Assembly (NCBI GenBank): GCA_963628465.1
Contig: CAVGEW010000040.1
Coordinates: forward strand, 4,539 to 68,538
Reading direction: 5' to 3'
DNA length: 64,000 nt
DNA from: Agathobacter sp.
GTDB lineage: Bacteria > Bacillota_I > Bacilli_A > RF39 > UBA660
The translations under genes were made by a program, and so were the position numbers. The notes beneath the pieces are model-generated. The model ran no database searches, was not told the DNA's origin, and saw only the letters and a list, made by a program, of their open reading frames with translations. Positions 18,682 to 32,555 of this stretch are shown here, piece after piece; within the stretch, counting starts at the first letter, position 1, and every line of letters starts with the position of its first letter.

Positions 18682-21527
18682 TTATCTACCTCTTCCTTAG
18701 TAAAATAATCAAATTTTTTTAAGCTTAATATTTTTGCTAAAAATTCACCTGTGTATGAATCTTTACATTTAGCTACATCCTCTGGAGTTCCAGTTACTAC
18801 GACTTTTCCTCCATATTTGCCACCATCTGGGCCTAAGTCTATTATATGGTCTGCAACCTTTATAACATCTAAGTTATGTTCAATTACTATTACTGTATCG
18901 CCATTATCTACGATTCTATTTAATATTACTAAAAGTTTCTTTATATCATCAAAGTGAAGACCTGTTGTTGGTTCATCTAGGATAAACACTGACTTACCAG
19001 TAGCTTTTTTTTGAAGCTCCTTAGCAAGTTTAACCCGGCCTGCTTCTCCACCTGATAAAGTTGGTGCTGATTGACCTAACTTAATATAAGAAAGGCCTAC
19101 ATCATCCATAACCTTTAGTTTATTATAAATCTTCGGAACATTGGCAAAGAATTCTAGGGCTTCACTAACTCGCATATCTAAAACATCACTTATATTTTTG
19201 CCTTTGTATTTTATTTCTAGGGTTTCTCTATTGTACCTTTTGCCTTTACAAACATCACAAGGGACATAAACATCCGCTAGAAAATGCATTTCAATCTTCT
19301 TAACACCATCACCCCAGCAATTTTCACATCTACCACCCTTAACATTAAATGAGAAACGGCCTTTGTCATATCCCCGCATTTTAGCTTCTTTGGTTTGAGC
19401 AAATAAATCTCTAATGTCATCAAATACACCAACATAAGTTGCAGGATTACTTCTTGGCGTACGACCTATCGCATCTTGAGTAATTTGTACTACTTTATCG
19501 ATATTTTCAAGACCTTTGATTTCTTTGCAAGCTCCAGGAACAACTTTACTATTGTATATTTCTAAAGCTAATCTTTTATATAATACTTCATTTATAAGAG
19601 AAGACTTACCAGAACCTGATACACCAGTTACAACAACAAACTTATTCAATGGTATATCAACATTTATATTCTTTAAGTTATTTTCTTTAGCACCTTTGAT
19701 ACTTATTTTAAGACCATTACCTTTTCTTCTGGTTTTAGGAACTTCAATTTCAAGCTTACCACTTAGATATTTACCTGTTAAACTATTTAGATTTTTCATA
19801 ACTTCTTCGGGAGTACCATAGGCCATAATTTCTCCACCATACTCCCCTGCCCCAGGGCCAACATCCACCAGAAAATCGGCCGAAAGCATTGTGTCTGCAT
19901 CGTGTTCAACTACTATCAGAGAATTTCCTAAATCACGCATTTCTTTCAAAGAATTAATTAATCTTTCATTATCTTTTTGATGAAGACCAATACTAGGTTC
20001 ATCTAAGACATATAAAACGCCGGATAATTTAGAACCAATTTGCGTTGCTAGTCTTATTCTTTGGGCTTCGCCTCCCGATAAAGTACCGGCACTTCTTGTA
20101 AGAGTAAGGTATGATAAACCAACATTTTCTAAAAATTCAAGTCTTGATATAATCTCTTTTAAAATAAGGTTGCTTATTTCTTTTTCTTCGTTATTAAGTT
20201 TTAGTTTTTTAAGAAAATCTAACAAATCACTTATAGACATATCACAAATATCAAAGATATTTTTATCATTAATATATATAGATAAAACGGATTTTTGAAG
20301 TCTTTTTCCTTTACATGTTGGGCACTGTGTTTCAATCATATAACCTGAGAGCCAATCTCTTATCCAGCCACTTTTAGTTTCGACATATCTTCTTTCTAAA
20401 GCAGGTATTACCCCTTCATAAGTACCTTTAGTGTTTCTTGTGCTACCTGTCTTAGAAACGTACTTAAATTCTAGAATTTCACTAGTGCCATACAATATAT
20501 AGTTAAGTTTTTCTTCAGGGATATCCTTAACAGGAGCAAACATATTTATATCATAGTGCTTACAAACAGTTTCTATTTGGGTAAAATAAGTATTTGAATC
20601 CATGCTTAAAGCAGTTATAGCACCCTCAACTAATGATTTATTAGAATCAGGAATAAGCAAATCTTTACTTATATGAAGTTTAGTACCTAGACCTTTACAT
20701 TCTTCACAAGCACCATATGGGGCATTAAATGAAAATAGCCTTGGCTCAAGCTCTGGTATAGAGTAATTACATATTTTACAAGCATATTTTTCACTCATAA
20801 ATATTTCTTCATCATCTATAAGTATTACCACTTTTCCATCTGCTTTTTTCGTGCTTGTTTCAATAGCCTCAAAAATTCTTGAATACTCATCTTTATCAAC
20901 AGTTATTTTATCTATGATAATATCTATATTATCTTTAATATTCTTTTCTAAGGTTATTTCTTCATTTAAACTCATTATTTTGCCATTTACTCTTACCTTA
21001 GTAAATCCTTCTTTTCTTAATTCATCAAATAAATCCTTGTGTGTTCCTTTTTCTCCATGAACAACGGGTGCTAAAACGCTCACAGTTTTACTTGTGTACT
21101 CCATGACTTTATTGGTCATTTCTTCGATACTTTGACTTTTAATTGGAATATGATGATTTGGGCAATATGGTATACCAATTCGCGCAAATAAAAGGCGTAA
21201 ATAGTCATAAATTTCGGTGATAGTACCAACGGTTGAACGAGGGTTTTTATTCGTAGATTTTTGGTCAATGGATATTGAGGGACTTAAACCTTCGATTGAA
21301 TCAACATCTGGTTTTTCACTTACCCCAATAAATTGTCTAGCATAAGCAGATAGACTTTCTACATATCTTCGTTGCCCTTCAGCATAAATAGTGTCAAAAG
21401 CTAAACTACTCTTTCCTGAACCAGATACTCCGGTCATAACTACAAGCTTATTTTTAGGTATTTCTAAGTCAACATTTTTTAGATTATTTTCTCTAGCACC
21501 TTTTATAATTATTTTATCATTATTCAT
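18678..21527 (-). CDS. uvrA: Excinuclease ABC subunit A
   Basis: 949 aa with two ABC ATPase modules and zinc fingers. '[10 protein letters not shown]' occurs twice. Confidence 0.95.
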   Translation of the reverse strand: MNNDKIIIKGARENNLKNVDLEIPKNKLVVMTGVSGSGKSSLAFDTIYAEGQRRYVESLSAYARQFIGVSEKPDVDSIEGLSPSISIDQKSTNKNPRSTVGTITEIYDYLRLLFARIGIPYCPNHHIPIKSQSIEEMTNKVMEYTSKTVSVLAPVVHGEKGTHKDLFDELRKEGFTKVRVNGKIMSLNEEITLEKNIKDNIDIIIDKITVDKDEYSRIFEAIETSTKKADGKVVILIDDEEIFMSEKYACKICNYSIPELEPRLFSFNAPYGACEECKGLGTKLHISKDLLIPDSNKSLVEGAITALSMDSNTYFTQIETVCKHYDINMFAPVKDIPEEKLNYILYGTSEILEFKYVSKTGSTRNTKGTYEGVIPALERRYVETKSGWIRDWLSGYMIETQCPTCKGKRLQKSVLSIYINDKNIFDICDMSISDLLDFLKKLKLNNEEKEISNLILKEIISRLEFLENVGLSYLTLTRSAGTLSGGEAQRIRLATQIGSKLSGVLYVLDEPSIGLHQKDNERLINSLKEMRDLGNSLIVVEHDADTMLSADFLVDVGPGAGEYGGEIMAYGTPEEVMKNLNSLTGKYLSGKLEIEVPKTRRKGNGLKISIKGAKENNLKNINVDIPLNKFVVVTGVSGSGKSSLINEVLYKRLALEIYNSKVVPGACKEIKGLENIDKVVQITQDAIGRTPRSNPATYVGVFDDIRDLFAQTKEAKMRGYDKGRFSFNVKGGRCENCWGDGVKKIEMHFLADVYVPCDVCKGKRYNRETLEIKYKGKNISDVLDMRVSEALEFFANVPKIYNKLKVMDDVGLSYIKLGQSAPTLSGGEAGRVKLAKELQKKATGKSVFILDEPTTGLHFDDIKKLLVILNRIVDNGDTVIVIEHNLDVIKVADHIIDLGPDGGKYGGKVVVTGTPEDVAKCKDSYTGEFLAKILSLKKFDYFTKEEVDK

Positions 21528-21619
21528 TGTAGATTACACCTCTTTTTTATTTTAACACAAAACATATTTTTCATGCAAAAACAATATATCACAAACATAC
21601 ATTTGGAGTCAAGAAAAAG

Positions 21620-21648
21620 TTGACAAATGTCCGCTTTTGTGGTAGTAT
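21620..21648 (+). promoter_or_regulatory. Sigma-A-like promoter (TTGACA-17-TAGTAT) for the 21694 gene
   Basis: Exact -35 and a good -10, about 45 nt before the ATG. Confidence 0.4.
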
Positions 21649-21693
21649 ATGGGCAACTTGAAAAGTTTAATTTTATGAAGGGGGTACGATAAT

Positions 21694-23103
21694 ATGTACG
21701 AAGAAGGAAATAAACATTTAAGTTTAAATTGGGGGTCACTTATTATAAAACTTGTGATTCTAGCAATCATAGTATTTGCTGCAGGATGGATTTATATTAA
21801 AATAACAAATAAATCTGGAGCAAGTAATAAGACTACTATTGCTGATAACAACAGCGAATATATCAATAACATAGCTACGATGAAAAATGCAGCGATTGAA
21901 TATTTCACAGAATCAAAATTACCAGAAAAAGTTGGTTCAAGTGAAAAAGTTACACTTGGACAAATGATTAATCAAAAATTAATAATTGACTTTACTGATG
22001 ATGGTAAGACTTGTGATACTACTTCAAGTTATGCTCAAGCTACTAAAACAGCAGATGGCAATTATGCTTTAAAAGTTTCCTTGACATGTGGAAAAGAATC
22101 TGATTTTATAGTAACAACTATTGAAAAGAAAGAATGTAGCAATAATAGTTGTTCAAATACTAATACAGAAGATACAAATAGGAACGAAACTACAGAAACT
22201 AAGAGTAATACAAACACTAATACATCAAGTAATACATCTTCAAGTAGTAATAATTCAAACTCTAGTAATAACGCAAGTTCTAGTTCTAAAACAACTACTA
22301 CAACTACCACTACTACAAAAATTACTATAAAAGTAAAATGTATCAATGGTTGTTGTCAAACAGATTGTAATAATAACACAACAGGCACAAAAGTAAGATA
22401 TTATAAATATATGAAATATAGTGATTGGGAAATTGGTTACTCTACAGATAGCAATGCAGAAAATAAACAACAAACTGTAAAAACATATAATTATTGTAAA
22501 AAATATAATAAAACTTTTTATACAACAAGTTATGTAACCAATAAAAAAACATCAGGTTCTTATAGTTACAAAATTCAATTTACTGATTTACCAAGTGATG
22601 TTAATAATGTTACATTAAATAGTAGTTCATACTTTAGTAATTCTACAAGTGATTATCAAGAATATATAAATTCTCGTGGAAATTTGTATATGACTGGAAA
22701 TACTGGAAAGAATAATCTAGTAATAACTGATGCTAATTCATTTAAAAATTCTTCATTAAAGAGTAATAACTTTACATTTAGTGTTGGGAATGTAACAAAA
22801 GAATCTAATACATGGTATACAACAATTAATGTTAATTATACAAACTTAAATGGTGTTACACCATATTGTGTTACTAGTAGTGGATATTATACTTACTTAG
22901 TACCAATTAAGTTTAATATAAGTTATACTACAGAATGTAAAAGAGATTTAGAAAGCAATAAAAACAAATATGCAAATTATTTAGCAACTGATGAAAAAAA
23001 TGAAAACATTTGGTTTCATAGAACAAAAGAATATGTATGGAGTAAAGAAACCTCTCTATCAGGTTATACTTATACTGGAGAATATGAAGATAGGACTGTT
23101 TAA
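21694..23103 (+). CDS. Membrane-anchored Thr/Ser/Asn-rich low-complexity protein with Cys motifs
   Basis: N-terminal TM helix. Poly-T/S/N tract ('KTTTTTTTTTK'). 'CINGCCQTDC' and multiple Cys. Confidence 0.5.
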   Translation: MYEEGNKHLSLNWGSLIIKLVILAIIVFAAGWIYIKITNKSGASNKTTIADNNSEYINNIATMKNAAIEYFTESKLPEKVGSSEKVTLGQMINQKLIIDFTDDGKTCDTTSSYAQATKTADGNYALKVSLTCGKESDFIVTTIEKKECSNNSCSNTNTEDTNRNETTETKSNTNTNTSSNTSSSSNNSNSSNNASSSSKTTTTTTTTTKITIKVKCINGCCQTDCNNNTTGTKVRYYKYMKYSDWEIGYSTDSNAENKQQTVKTYNYCKKYNKTFYTTSYVTNKKTSGSYSYKIQFTDLPSDVNNVTLNSSSYFSNSTSDYQEYINSRGNLYMTGNTGKNNLVITDANSFKNSSLKSNNFTFSVGNVTKESNTWYTTINVNYTNLNGVTPYCVTSSGYYTYLVPIKFNISYTTECKRDLESNKNKYANYLATDEKNENIWFHRTKEYVWSKETSLSGYTYTGEYEDRTV

Positions 23104-23125
23104 GTCCTATCTTTTTCTAAAAATA

Positions 23126-23983
23126 TTATTTCTTAACTTTTTCAATCGTGCCTGTTTTTTCTAACTCTATTTCTTCTTTTCTAAAGTTTAAAGCCATACC
23201 TATGGTAAAAGCATAAGCAAGTAAATAAATCCAAAACATTAAAATTACGATGTTAGCTAGTCCTCCATAAAAGGTTGAATAATGAGCTATATTATTGATG
23301 TAATACGAATAAATGTAAGTAATAACAACCCATGAAAAGGTGGTAAATAAAGCACCGTATCCAACGTTTTTGCTTCTCACCCTTTTATTTGGGGCCATGG
23401 TATAAAGTATCTTTATAAAGAAATACATTATAAGCCAAGTAATAGGGCCTTGTAAAAAATTTATTACCATTGAAACATTATTAGTTACATTATTATTAAT
23501 TGAAGCATACTCTATTAACTCAATAATCTTGTTACCAAAGACAGGAACTATTAACATAAATATAAATAGTAATACTAGAACAAAAGTCATTATAAAGGCT
23601 TTTATTCTTCTTCTAAAAAAACCTTCTTGTTTTTCACCATAGATAGTATTTGATGTAATAATGATAGATGCCGGTCCATTAGATGCAATAAAGTAACCGA
23701 TGATTACTACCAAAAAGAAACCTATACCTTTGCCAGAACCACTACTTGTAGCTAGTAACATACTTGCTATATCAGCACCAAAAACAGAATCTATGAAGTC
23801 ATAAATAACATCTGTTGATAAATTAAGTAAGGCAGCCTCATAAGATATTAGAGTTATTGTTGGCACAATAGCTAAAACAAAGAAGTAAGCAAGTTGACCT
23901 GGTAAAATTGCCATTTCTGGTTTAAATAACGACTTTTTAAAATTATCCCAAAAATCATTTAATTCTACTTTAATCTTCTTCAT
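23126..23983 (-). CDS. YihY/BrkB-family membrane protein
   Basis: 6-TM protein with an N-terminus typical of the YihY family. Confidence 0.7.
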   Translation of the reverse strand: MKKIKVELNDFWDNFKKSLFKPEMAILPGQLAYFFVLAIVPTITLISYEAALLNLSTDVIYDFIDSVFGADIASMLLATSSGSGKGIGFFLVVIIGYFIASNGPASIIITSNTIYGEKQEGFFRRRIKAFIMTFVLVLLFIFMLIVPVFGNKIIELIEYASINNNVTNNVSMVINFLQGPITWLIMYFFIKILYTMAPNKRVRSKNVGYGALFTTFSWVVITYIYSYYINNIAHYSTFYGGLANIVILMFWIYLLAYAFTIGMALNFRKEEIELEKTGTIEKVKK

Positions 23984-25985
23984 TAGAATTATTATCCTTG
24001 CTTTTCTTCATATCTTCCACAGCTTCATTTAAAGCATCTTCGATAGTTTTAATATCATCTAAAATCATACTAAAGCCGAATTCAGCACCAAAGTCATATG
24101 GAAGTTTCTTTATCTCTTTATTTAATTTAAAAATATAATTACTTACTTGTTTTTGACTATATCCCATAAGATATATCACAAACTCATTACCATCAGTACG
24201 CATTATTTCACTGTTGTCAAGTTGAGTTTTAACCAAAACATTGGCAAGAGCTTTGATTTGTTTATCCCCTTCATTATAACCATATTGGTCATTTATTTCT
24301 TGAATCTTATTTAAATCGACCACCACAATAGTTTGAGGATAAATCGTATTATTATTCCATGTTTCTATATTTTCGTTTAAGAAGTTTCTGTTTTTTAAGC
24401 TAGTTAATTGATCAATAAATTTCATTTTATCATCTTTTTTTATTTTTCTAGCAATAGTTATTTTCTTACTTCTTTTAAATATAATAAGTAAAATAAGTGC
24501 CGCAAGAATAACTATGTAAAGAATATATTCCGCTATTTTAGTTATAAGTGCACCACTTTTAATAGTTTCTTGATGATTTAAAAGTCCTTCAATAACTATT
24601 TCATTTTCATCTAAAATATCAATATATTTATTAAGTAGCCTATATAAAGCACTATCAGTTCTTACTTTAAAAGTATATTTATTTTGAATATAATCAGTAT
24701 ATCTTACACTATAATTATCTAGTTTATTTTCTTTGTAATAATCAAATGTTTTTTTATCTATAATAAGATTAACATCTTTTTTATTAAGTTTAAATAATTC
24801 TTTTAAAGAACTAAATGTTTTTACATCAATTCCCTCGATAGAATTAACATAATCATATATTTTACTATTTTCTTGAACATAGACAGTTTCCCCTATCAAA
24901 GAATTTATAGACTTTATAACAGTGTTATTATTCTTAGATAAAGCAATCGCATATTCTATATTAAGTCCATCTGTTTGATAGTAATCATCTGTGAAATTAT
25001 AGTAATTAAAGTATAAATCTACATCACTTGATTTAATAGCTTTAGTAAACTTATTAAAGGTTTTATATTTTATAAAATTAAATTCTACATCAGCAAAATC
25101 ACTAAATTTACTTAAATAAACAGCGACAATACCCCCATATTTACCACCAGTTATAACTTCATAAGGTGATGCATTAACAAAGCCATAGTTATATGAAACA
25201 CTTTGCATACTATCAACTTCAGTTTCAGTTATATTCATACTTTGGGTAAAAGTATCAAATAAGTTATCATTAAATTCATCTTCAAAATCATTTTTCCATG
25301 TATTATAAAATTTAGTTAAGACACTAGATAATTTATCATCTATAATACTTAAAGTAAAATATTTCTTTACATCACTAAAATGATATATAACATTATAATC
25401 TTTACTTAATATTACATCTAAATATTCCATTAAAGGAACAAGCATATAATTACTATCTTCATTCATACTTAAAAGAAGTTCATCTTTAGTTTCAAATTGG
25501 GTAAATGACACATTAGATGCTTTTTTAATATATTTAGAAACATAAGTTAAATCAGATGCTAAGATTCCAATCGTTTTACCATTTAAATCTTCTTCCGTAG
25601 CTACATAATCATCGGTTTTACTTACAAGAACATAATGGTCTGTATAAAAGATTATATCACTATCAGATACATCCGTTTTTTGATTAAATGTAATGCCGCT
25701 TGGGTTACTTCCAGCATTAAATGTAATTGGGTTTATGGTAAGTTCATATTCATCTTCGAAGTCATCAATAAAGTCATAAAAGACACCACTTCCATCCTTA
25801 CCAAAAACATTAATATTGTTAATAACATTAATATTTTGAATTGTACCAATACTTTCATTAACCCAGTTTCTTTCAGCCACAGTTAATTTATTTTTATCAT
25901 TTAATAATATATATAATAGTCCGGCAATTAAAGCAACTATTACAACACTTATAATTATTATAATAATATTTTTCTTTTTTTTCAT
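23970..25985 (-). CDS. Membrane-anchored GGDEF-domain protein with two extracytoplasmic PBP-like domains and a degenerate active-site motif (RTDGNEF)
   Basis: 'DQLTSLKNRNFL', 'VVDLNKIQEINDQYGYNEGDK' GGDEF-domain blocks. The signature reads 'RTDGNEF' instead of 'R(Y/F)GG(D/E)EF'. Confidence 0.7.
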   Translation of the reverse strand: MKKKKNIIIIIISVVIVALIAGLLYILLNDKNKLTVAERNWVNESIGTIQNINVINNINVFGKDGSGVFYDFIDDFEDEYELTINPITFNAGSNPSGITFNQKTDVSDSDIIFYTDHYVLVSKTDDYVATEEDLNGKTIGILASDLTYVSKYIKKASNVSFTQFETKDELLLSMNEDSNYMLVPLMEYLDVILSKDYNVIYHFSDVKKYFTLSIIDDKLSSVLTKFYNTWKNDFEDEFNDNLFDTFTQSMNITETEVDSMQSVSYNYGFVNASPYEVITGGKYGGIVAVYLSKFSDFADVEFNFIKYKTFNKFTKAIKSSDVDLYFNYYNFTDDYYQTDGLNIEYAIALSKNNNTVIKSINSLIGETVYVQENSKIYDYVNSIEGIDVKTFSSLKELFKLNKKDVNLIIDKKTFDYYKENKLDNYSVRYTDYIQNKYTFKVRTDSALYRLLNKYIDILDENEIVIEGLLNHQETIKSGALITKIAEYILYIVILAALILLIIFKRSKKITIARKIKKDDKMKFIDQLTSLKNRNFLNENIETWNNNTIYPQTIVVVDLNKIQEINDQYGYNEGDKQIKALANVLVKTQLDNSEIMRTDGNEFVIYLMGYSQKQVSNYIFKLNKEIKKLPYDFGAEFGFSMILDDIKTIEDALNEAVEDMKKSKDNNSNEED

Positions 25986-26473
25986 TATTCTTCACTTTCT
26001 AGTGGCGTATTATTATTCCAAACAAGTCCAGAACCTGCCACATTTTTTGCACCCAAAATAGTAAATCCATCACTATTTTCGCTTTTTTCACACTTTAATG
26101 TAAAATTAATATCATAGAAAGATAATATATCTTCAGATAAATTAACAATACTTGTTGCTGCAAGACCTTTAGCTTCTTCTAAAGATGTATCTTGAACAAA
26201 ATCTATGATGATGTAAATTATTTTACCCTTAGTATTCATACTTACTTCCGTAACGCTTTTATTTTCTTTTAAAGATGCGATGTATTCATTTTTCATAGTT
26301 TCCGTAATTGGGTATTTATCTATTCCCTCAAGACGGTCACCATAGACATCTTTATTTCCACCTAGAAAGAAAGAAAATGTTACAATGATGATTGCCACAA
26401 GGCACGCAACTAATATAGCACCTAAGACAATAAGAACCTTATTTTTCCCCCATGATTCTTTTAATTTTTTCAT
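25985..26473 (-). CDS. Hypothetical membrane-anchored protein
   Basis: N-terminal TM followed by a soluble domain. Confidence 0.4.
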   Translation of the reverse strand: MKKLKESWGKNKVLIVLGAILVACLVAIIIVTFSFFLGGNKDVYGDRLEGIDKYPITETMKNEYIASLKENKSVTEVSMNTKGKIIYIIIDFVQDTSLEEAKGLAATSIVNLSEDILSFYDINFTLKCEKSENSDGFTILGAKNVAGSGLVWNNNTPLESEE

Positions 26474-26510
26474 TTTTCACCTCTTTAAGTAATATAATTA
26501 TACTATTTAT

Positions 26511-29372
<2,862 letters not shown>

Positions 29373-29376
<4 letters not shown>

Positions 29377-31460
29377 TTTTCTATCCTCCTTAAACCTGGA
29401 TAATTATTTAAGAACTTCTTTATTCCAAATCTTTTATTAAAAGCGACCGTAACAAATCTATCATCATTATCTATGATTACACCCCTACCAAATGAGGCAT
29501 GCATAACGACTTCACCATGTTTATAATCAATTTTTCCATTTTCATAAAAGTTTTGTTTGTTAAATTGTTTAAAATCATTATGGCTTTCTTCTCTTTCAAT
29601 TAAGTTACTATCTATTTCCGAAATAAATCTTGATGGCATATTAGCATTAACCGTACCATATAACATTCTTTTCTTAGCATTGGTAATAAATAATCTTTCT
29701 TTAGCTCTAGTTATCCCTACATAACAAAGTCTTCGTTCTTCTTCAAGCTCGCTATCTTCCCCAAGACTCATGTGGTGAGGCATGATGCCTTCCTCCATAC
29801 CAATTAAAAATACAACCTTAAACTCTAAACCTTTCGCCGAATGCATTGTCATCAAAGTTACAGCATTATCTAGATTTTCATGGTCAGAAGAATCTGCGAC
29901 AATACTTATATCTTCCAAAAAATCTTCTAAACTTACAGCACCTGTTTCTTTTTGATAACTTTCAGTAATACTTTTAAATTCCATTAAGTTTTCAAGTCTT
30001 ATCTCAGCCTCTAGCGTTTTTTCATTCTCAAGTTCACTTTTCATACCAGATTTTTCTAACACAACATCAATAAGCTCCGTAAGGTCAATATCCTTGGCCC
30101 TTTCCGTAAGTTCTAAAATTAATTTTTTAAATTCCAATTCTTTAGGTTTACTCAAACAGTTAAACATACATTCATTATTTTCTTTAGCTAAAGCCCTTAT
30201 GTTAGCTATCGATGTATCCCCAATTCCCCTTCTTGGTACATTGATAACCCTTTCTAAGGAAACATCATCTTGATGATTAGAAATAAGTCTTAAATAACAA
30301 AGTAAATCTTTAATTTCCTTTCTCTTATAAAAGTAATAGCTACCTACGACTCTATATGGCCAATTTTCTTTTAAAATGGCATCTTCGACATTTCTTGATT
30401 GAGCATTAGTTCTATATAAAATAGCAAAATCATTGTAGGTATAACCTTCTTTAAGTAATTTTTTTATATTATCTACGACTAACTTTACTTCATCTTTTTC
30501 ATTATTACCTCTGAGATACTTAATTTTAACTCCATCACCATAAGTACTATATAAATTAACTTCTTTTCTTTCTTGATTATTCTTTATAACACTATTTGCA
30601 GCATTTAATATATTATTTGTACTTCGATAATTTTGATTTAAAGTAATACAAGTACTATCAGGATAATCTTTTTCAAAATTAAGTATATTTTTATAGTTAG
30701 ACCATCTAAATCCATAGATACTTTGATTTACATCACCAACCACAAAAAGGTTGCGATATTTACTAGCAAGAAGTTTAACTAATTTATATTGTACTTCATT
30801 AGTATCTTGGTATTCATCTATTAAAATATAGCGATATCTTTCTTGATATTTATCTAGGATATCATCATTTTCTAAGAACAATTCTACTGGTTTTTTTAGT
30901 AAGTCATCAAAATCAATAGCATTATTTCTTTTAAGTATTCGTTCGTAAACAAAGTACACTATGGAAGCAACTTTTTCGGAGGGTGAAGTTAAGTACTTAT
31001 CTACCTCAGCATCACTTAACATTTCATTTTTAATATAACTAATTTTATTTTTAACATAGCTAGGACTATATTCTTTAGGATTTATATTATAGTCTTTCAT
31101 TATTTTTTTGATAATACTTGTAGAATCGTCACTATCAATGATAGTAAAATTAGTTGTAAGCCCTAGTTTTTCCGTATTTTCTCTGATTACTTTAAGACCA
31201 AAAGAGTGGAAAGTTCCTACAAAAGCATAGTTATTTTCCACAATATTACTTACTCTATCTCGCATTTCTTTCGCAGCCTTATTGGTAAATGTTATAGCCA
31301 AAATATTACCAGAATATACACCTTCATTAATCATGTTGGCAATCCTTGTTGTTAACACCTTAGTCTTTCCAGAACCAGCACCTGCTAAAACAAGGCATGG
31401 GCCATCTTTATGCAATACAGCTTGTTTTTGTTCTTTATTTAAACCCTCTAATAAGTTCAT
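29373..31460 (-). CDS. pcrA: ATP-dependent DNA helicase PcrA/UvrD
   Basis: 'AGAGSGKTKVLT' Walker A, UvrD helicase motifs. Conserved pcrA-ligA neighbourhood. Confidence 0.9.
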
Positions 31461-31480
31461 AAACTCCTCCTTGCAAATTT

Positions 31481-32146
31481 TTATTTTACCTTTCTATCTT
31501 CACTTAACTGACTAAAATCTAAGACTTCAGAGTCACTAGGTCTATTGTTAAATTCAATTCTTTGAACTTTTTTAGTAGTTTTGCCTACAGCATCTGTTGC
31601 AATATACAAAATCCAATATTGATCTTTGTTTTCAAGTTCATTTACTTCATGATAGACTTTATGAGTAATCGTAACTCCCGGCTTATCATCAGTAACTTCA
31701 AGATGATCATAACTTATAGCATCGATTGAATCCACAAAATAAATATCATCGTAAAATTTAATTGATGGCCCTCTTATGTCATCCTCGTTGTTAATATCAT
31801 CTAAATAATCTTTGCCAAGAGGATTCGCTACCCACCCCCATTTATTTTTTTCATATTCAACATGATACCAAAAATTACCATTATGATTCTCATAATCATC
31901 AACTTTATAAACTTGGTTTTTTTCAACTTTGCCTAGTTCTGCACTATTTTGATCAGGTTCCTCACGAACCTTTATGTATTCATTAACAACCTCAATATGC
32001 CAGCCTTCCTTAATTTTCTTAACTCTAGCATTTTCTCTTATATCTAAGGTAATAAAAACTCCTAAACAAACTAAGCCTACGAATATCAAAAAACCAAATA
32101 TAGATTTTAATTTTTTCACACTATCACATCCATCATAATTATACAT
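31481..32146 (-). CDS. Membrane-anchored SH3b-domain protein
   Basis: N-terminal TM. 'GWHIEVVNEYIKVREEPDQNSAELGKVEKNQVYKV' bacterial SH3-like. Confidence 0.45.
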   Translation of the reverse strand: MYNYDGCDSVKKLKSIFGFLIFVGLVCLGVFITLDIRENARVKKIKEGWHIEVVNEYIKVREEPDQNSAELGKVEKNQVYKVDDYENHNGNFWYHVEYEKNKWGWVANPLGKDYLDDINNEDDIRGPSIKFYDDIYFVDSIDAISYDHLEVTDDKPGVTITHKVYHEVNELENKDQYWILYIATDAVGKTTKKVQRIEFNNRPSDSEVLDFSQLSEDRKVK

Positions 32147-32207
32147 AATTTTTTTATATTTTACTAGTCCTTTATTTTATGTTATAATCTTTTTGAGGCG
32201 ATGAAAT

Positions 32208-32522
32208 GTGAAAAAATATAAATATCAAAGACTTAATAAAGATGAGAAAAAAGATGCTAAAATCAAGTTTTACCAAACAAAACAAGGAATGTTTTTAAAG
32301 AAGAAATTTAATCGTATCCTTGTTTATAGTATTATTTTAATTTTATTTGGTATCTATTTGTTAATAGATACATTTATAAATAGTAAAACTTATAACCAAT
32401 ATATTTATGGGGCAATAATTATTATATTTGGTATTAGTTTTCTAGTATTGCGATGTTATATACAAATGAGAAAGATAAATGAGTTTATAACAAAAAAGCC
32501 AAAGAAAAATGGAAATCATTAA
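32208..32522 (+). CDS. Small 2-TM membrane protein (GTG start)
   Basis: GTG start, GAGG RBS 9 nt upstream, TATAAT at 32183. Confidence 0.4.
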   Translation: MKKYKYQRLNKDEKKDAKIKFYQTKQGMFLKKKFNRILVYSIILILFGIYLLIDTFINSKTYNQYIYGAIIIIFGISFLVLRCYIQMRKINEFITKKPKKNGNH

Positions 32523-32555
32523 ATTGATTTCCATTTTTTCTAACAATAATCTTAA

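Noticed and set aside
18419-21060. Plus-strand ORFs antisense to the SDR and uvrA genes (18419-18607, 18751-18957, 19516-19821, 20851-21060)
   Set aside because: They lie wholly within strongly supported minus-strand genes. No motifs.
21528-21693. LexA/Cheo box upstream of uvrA
   Set aside because: No GAAC-N4-GTTC-type palindrome seen in the 166-bp leader. uvrA may be SOS-independent here, or the box may be diverged.
21524-21739. Minus-strand 71-aa ORF overlapping the uvrA start and promoter region
   Set aside because: It overlaps the promoter and start of the 21694 + gene. No RBS. Odd Cys/Phe-rich composition.
22062-22473. ORFs 22062-22346(-), 22121-22330(+), 22255-22473(-)
   Set aside because: They are generated by the poly-Thr/Ser/Asn repeat DNA inside the 21694 gene. 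The translations are homopolymeric (poly-V, poly-L).
25635-25886. Plus-strand 83-aa ORF inside the GGDEF gene, and 26452-26670 and 27472-28146 ORFs inside or near ligA
   Set aside because: Antisense or overlapping shadows of strongly supported genes.
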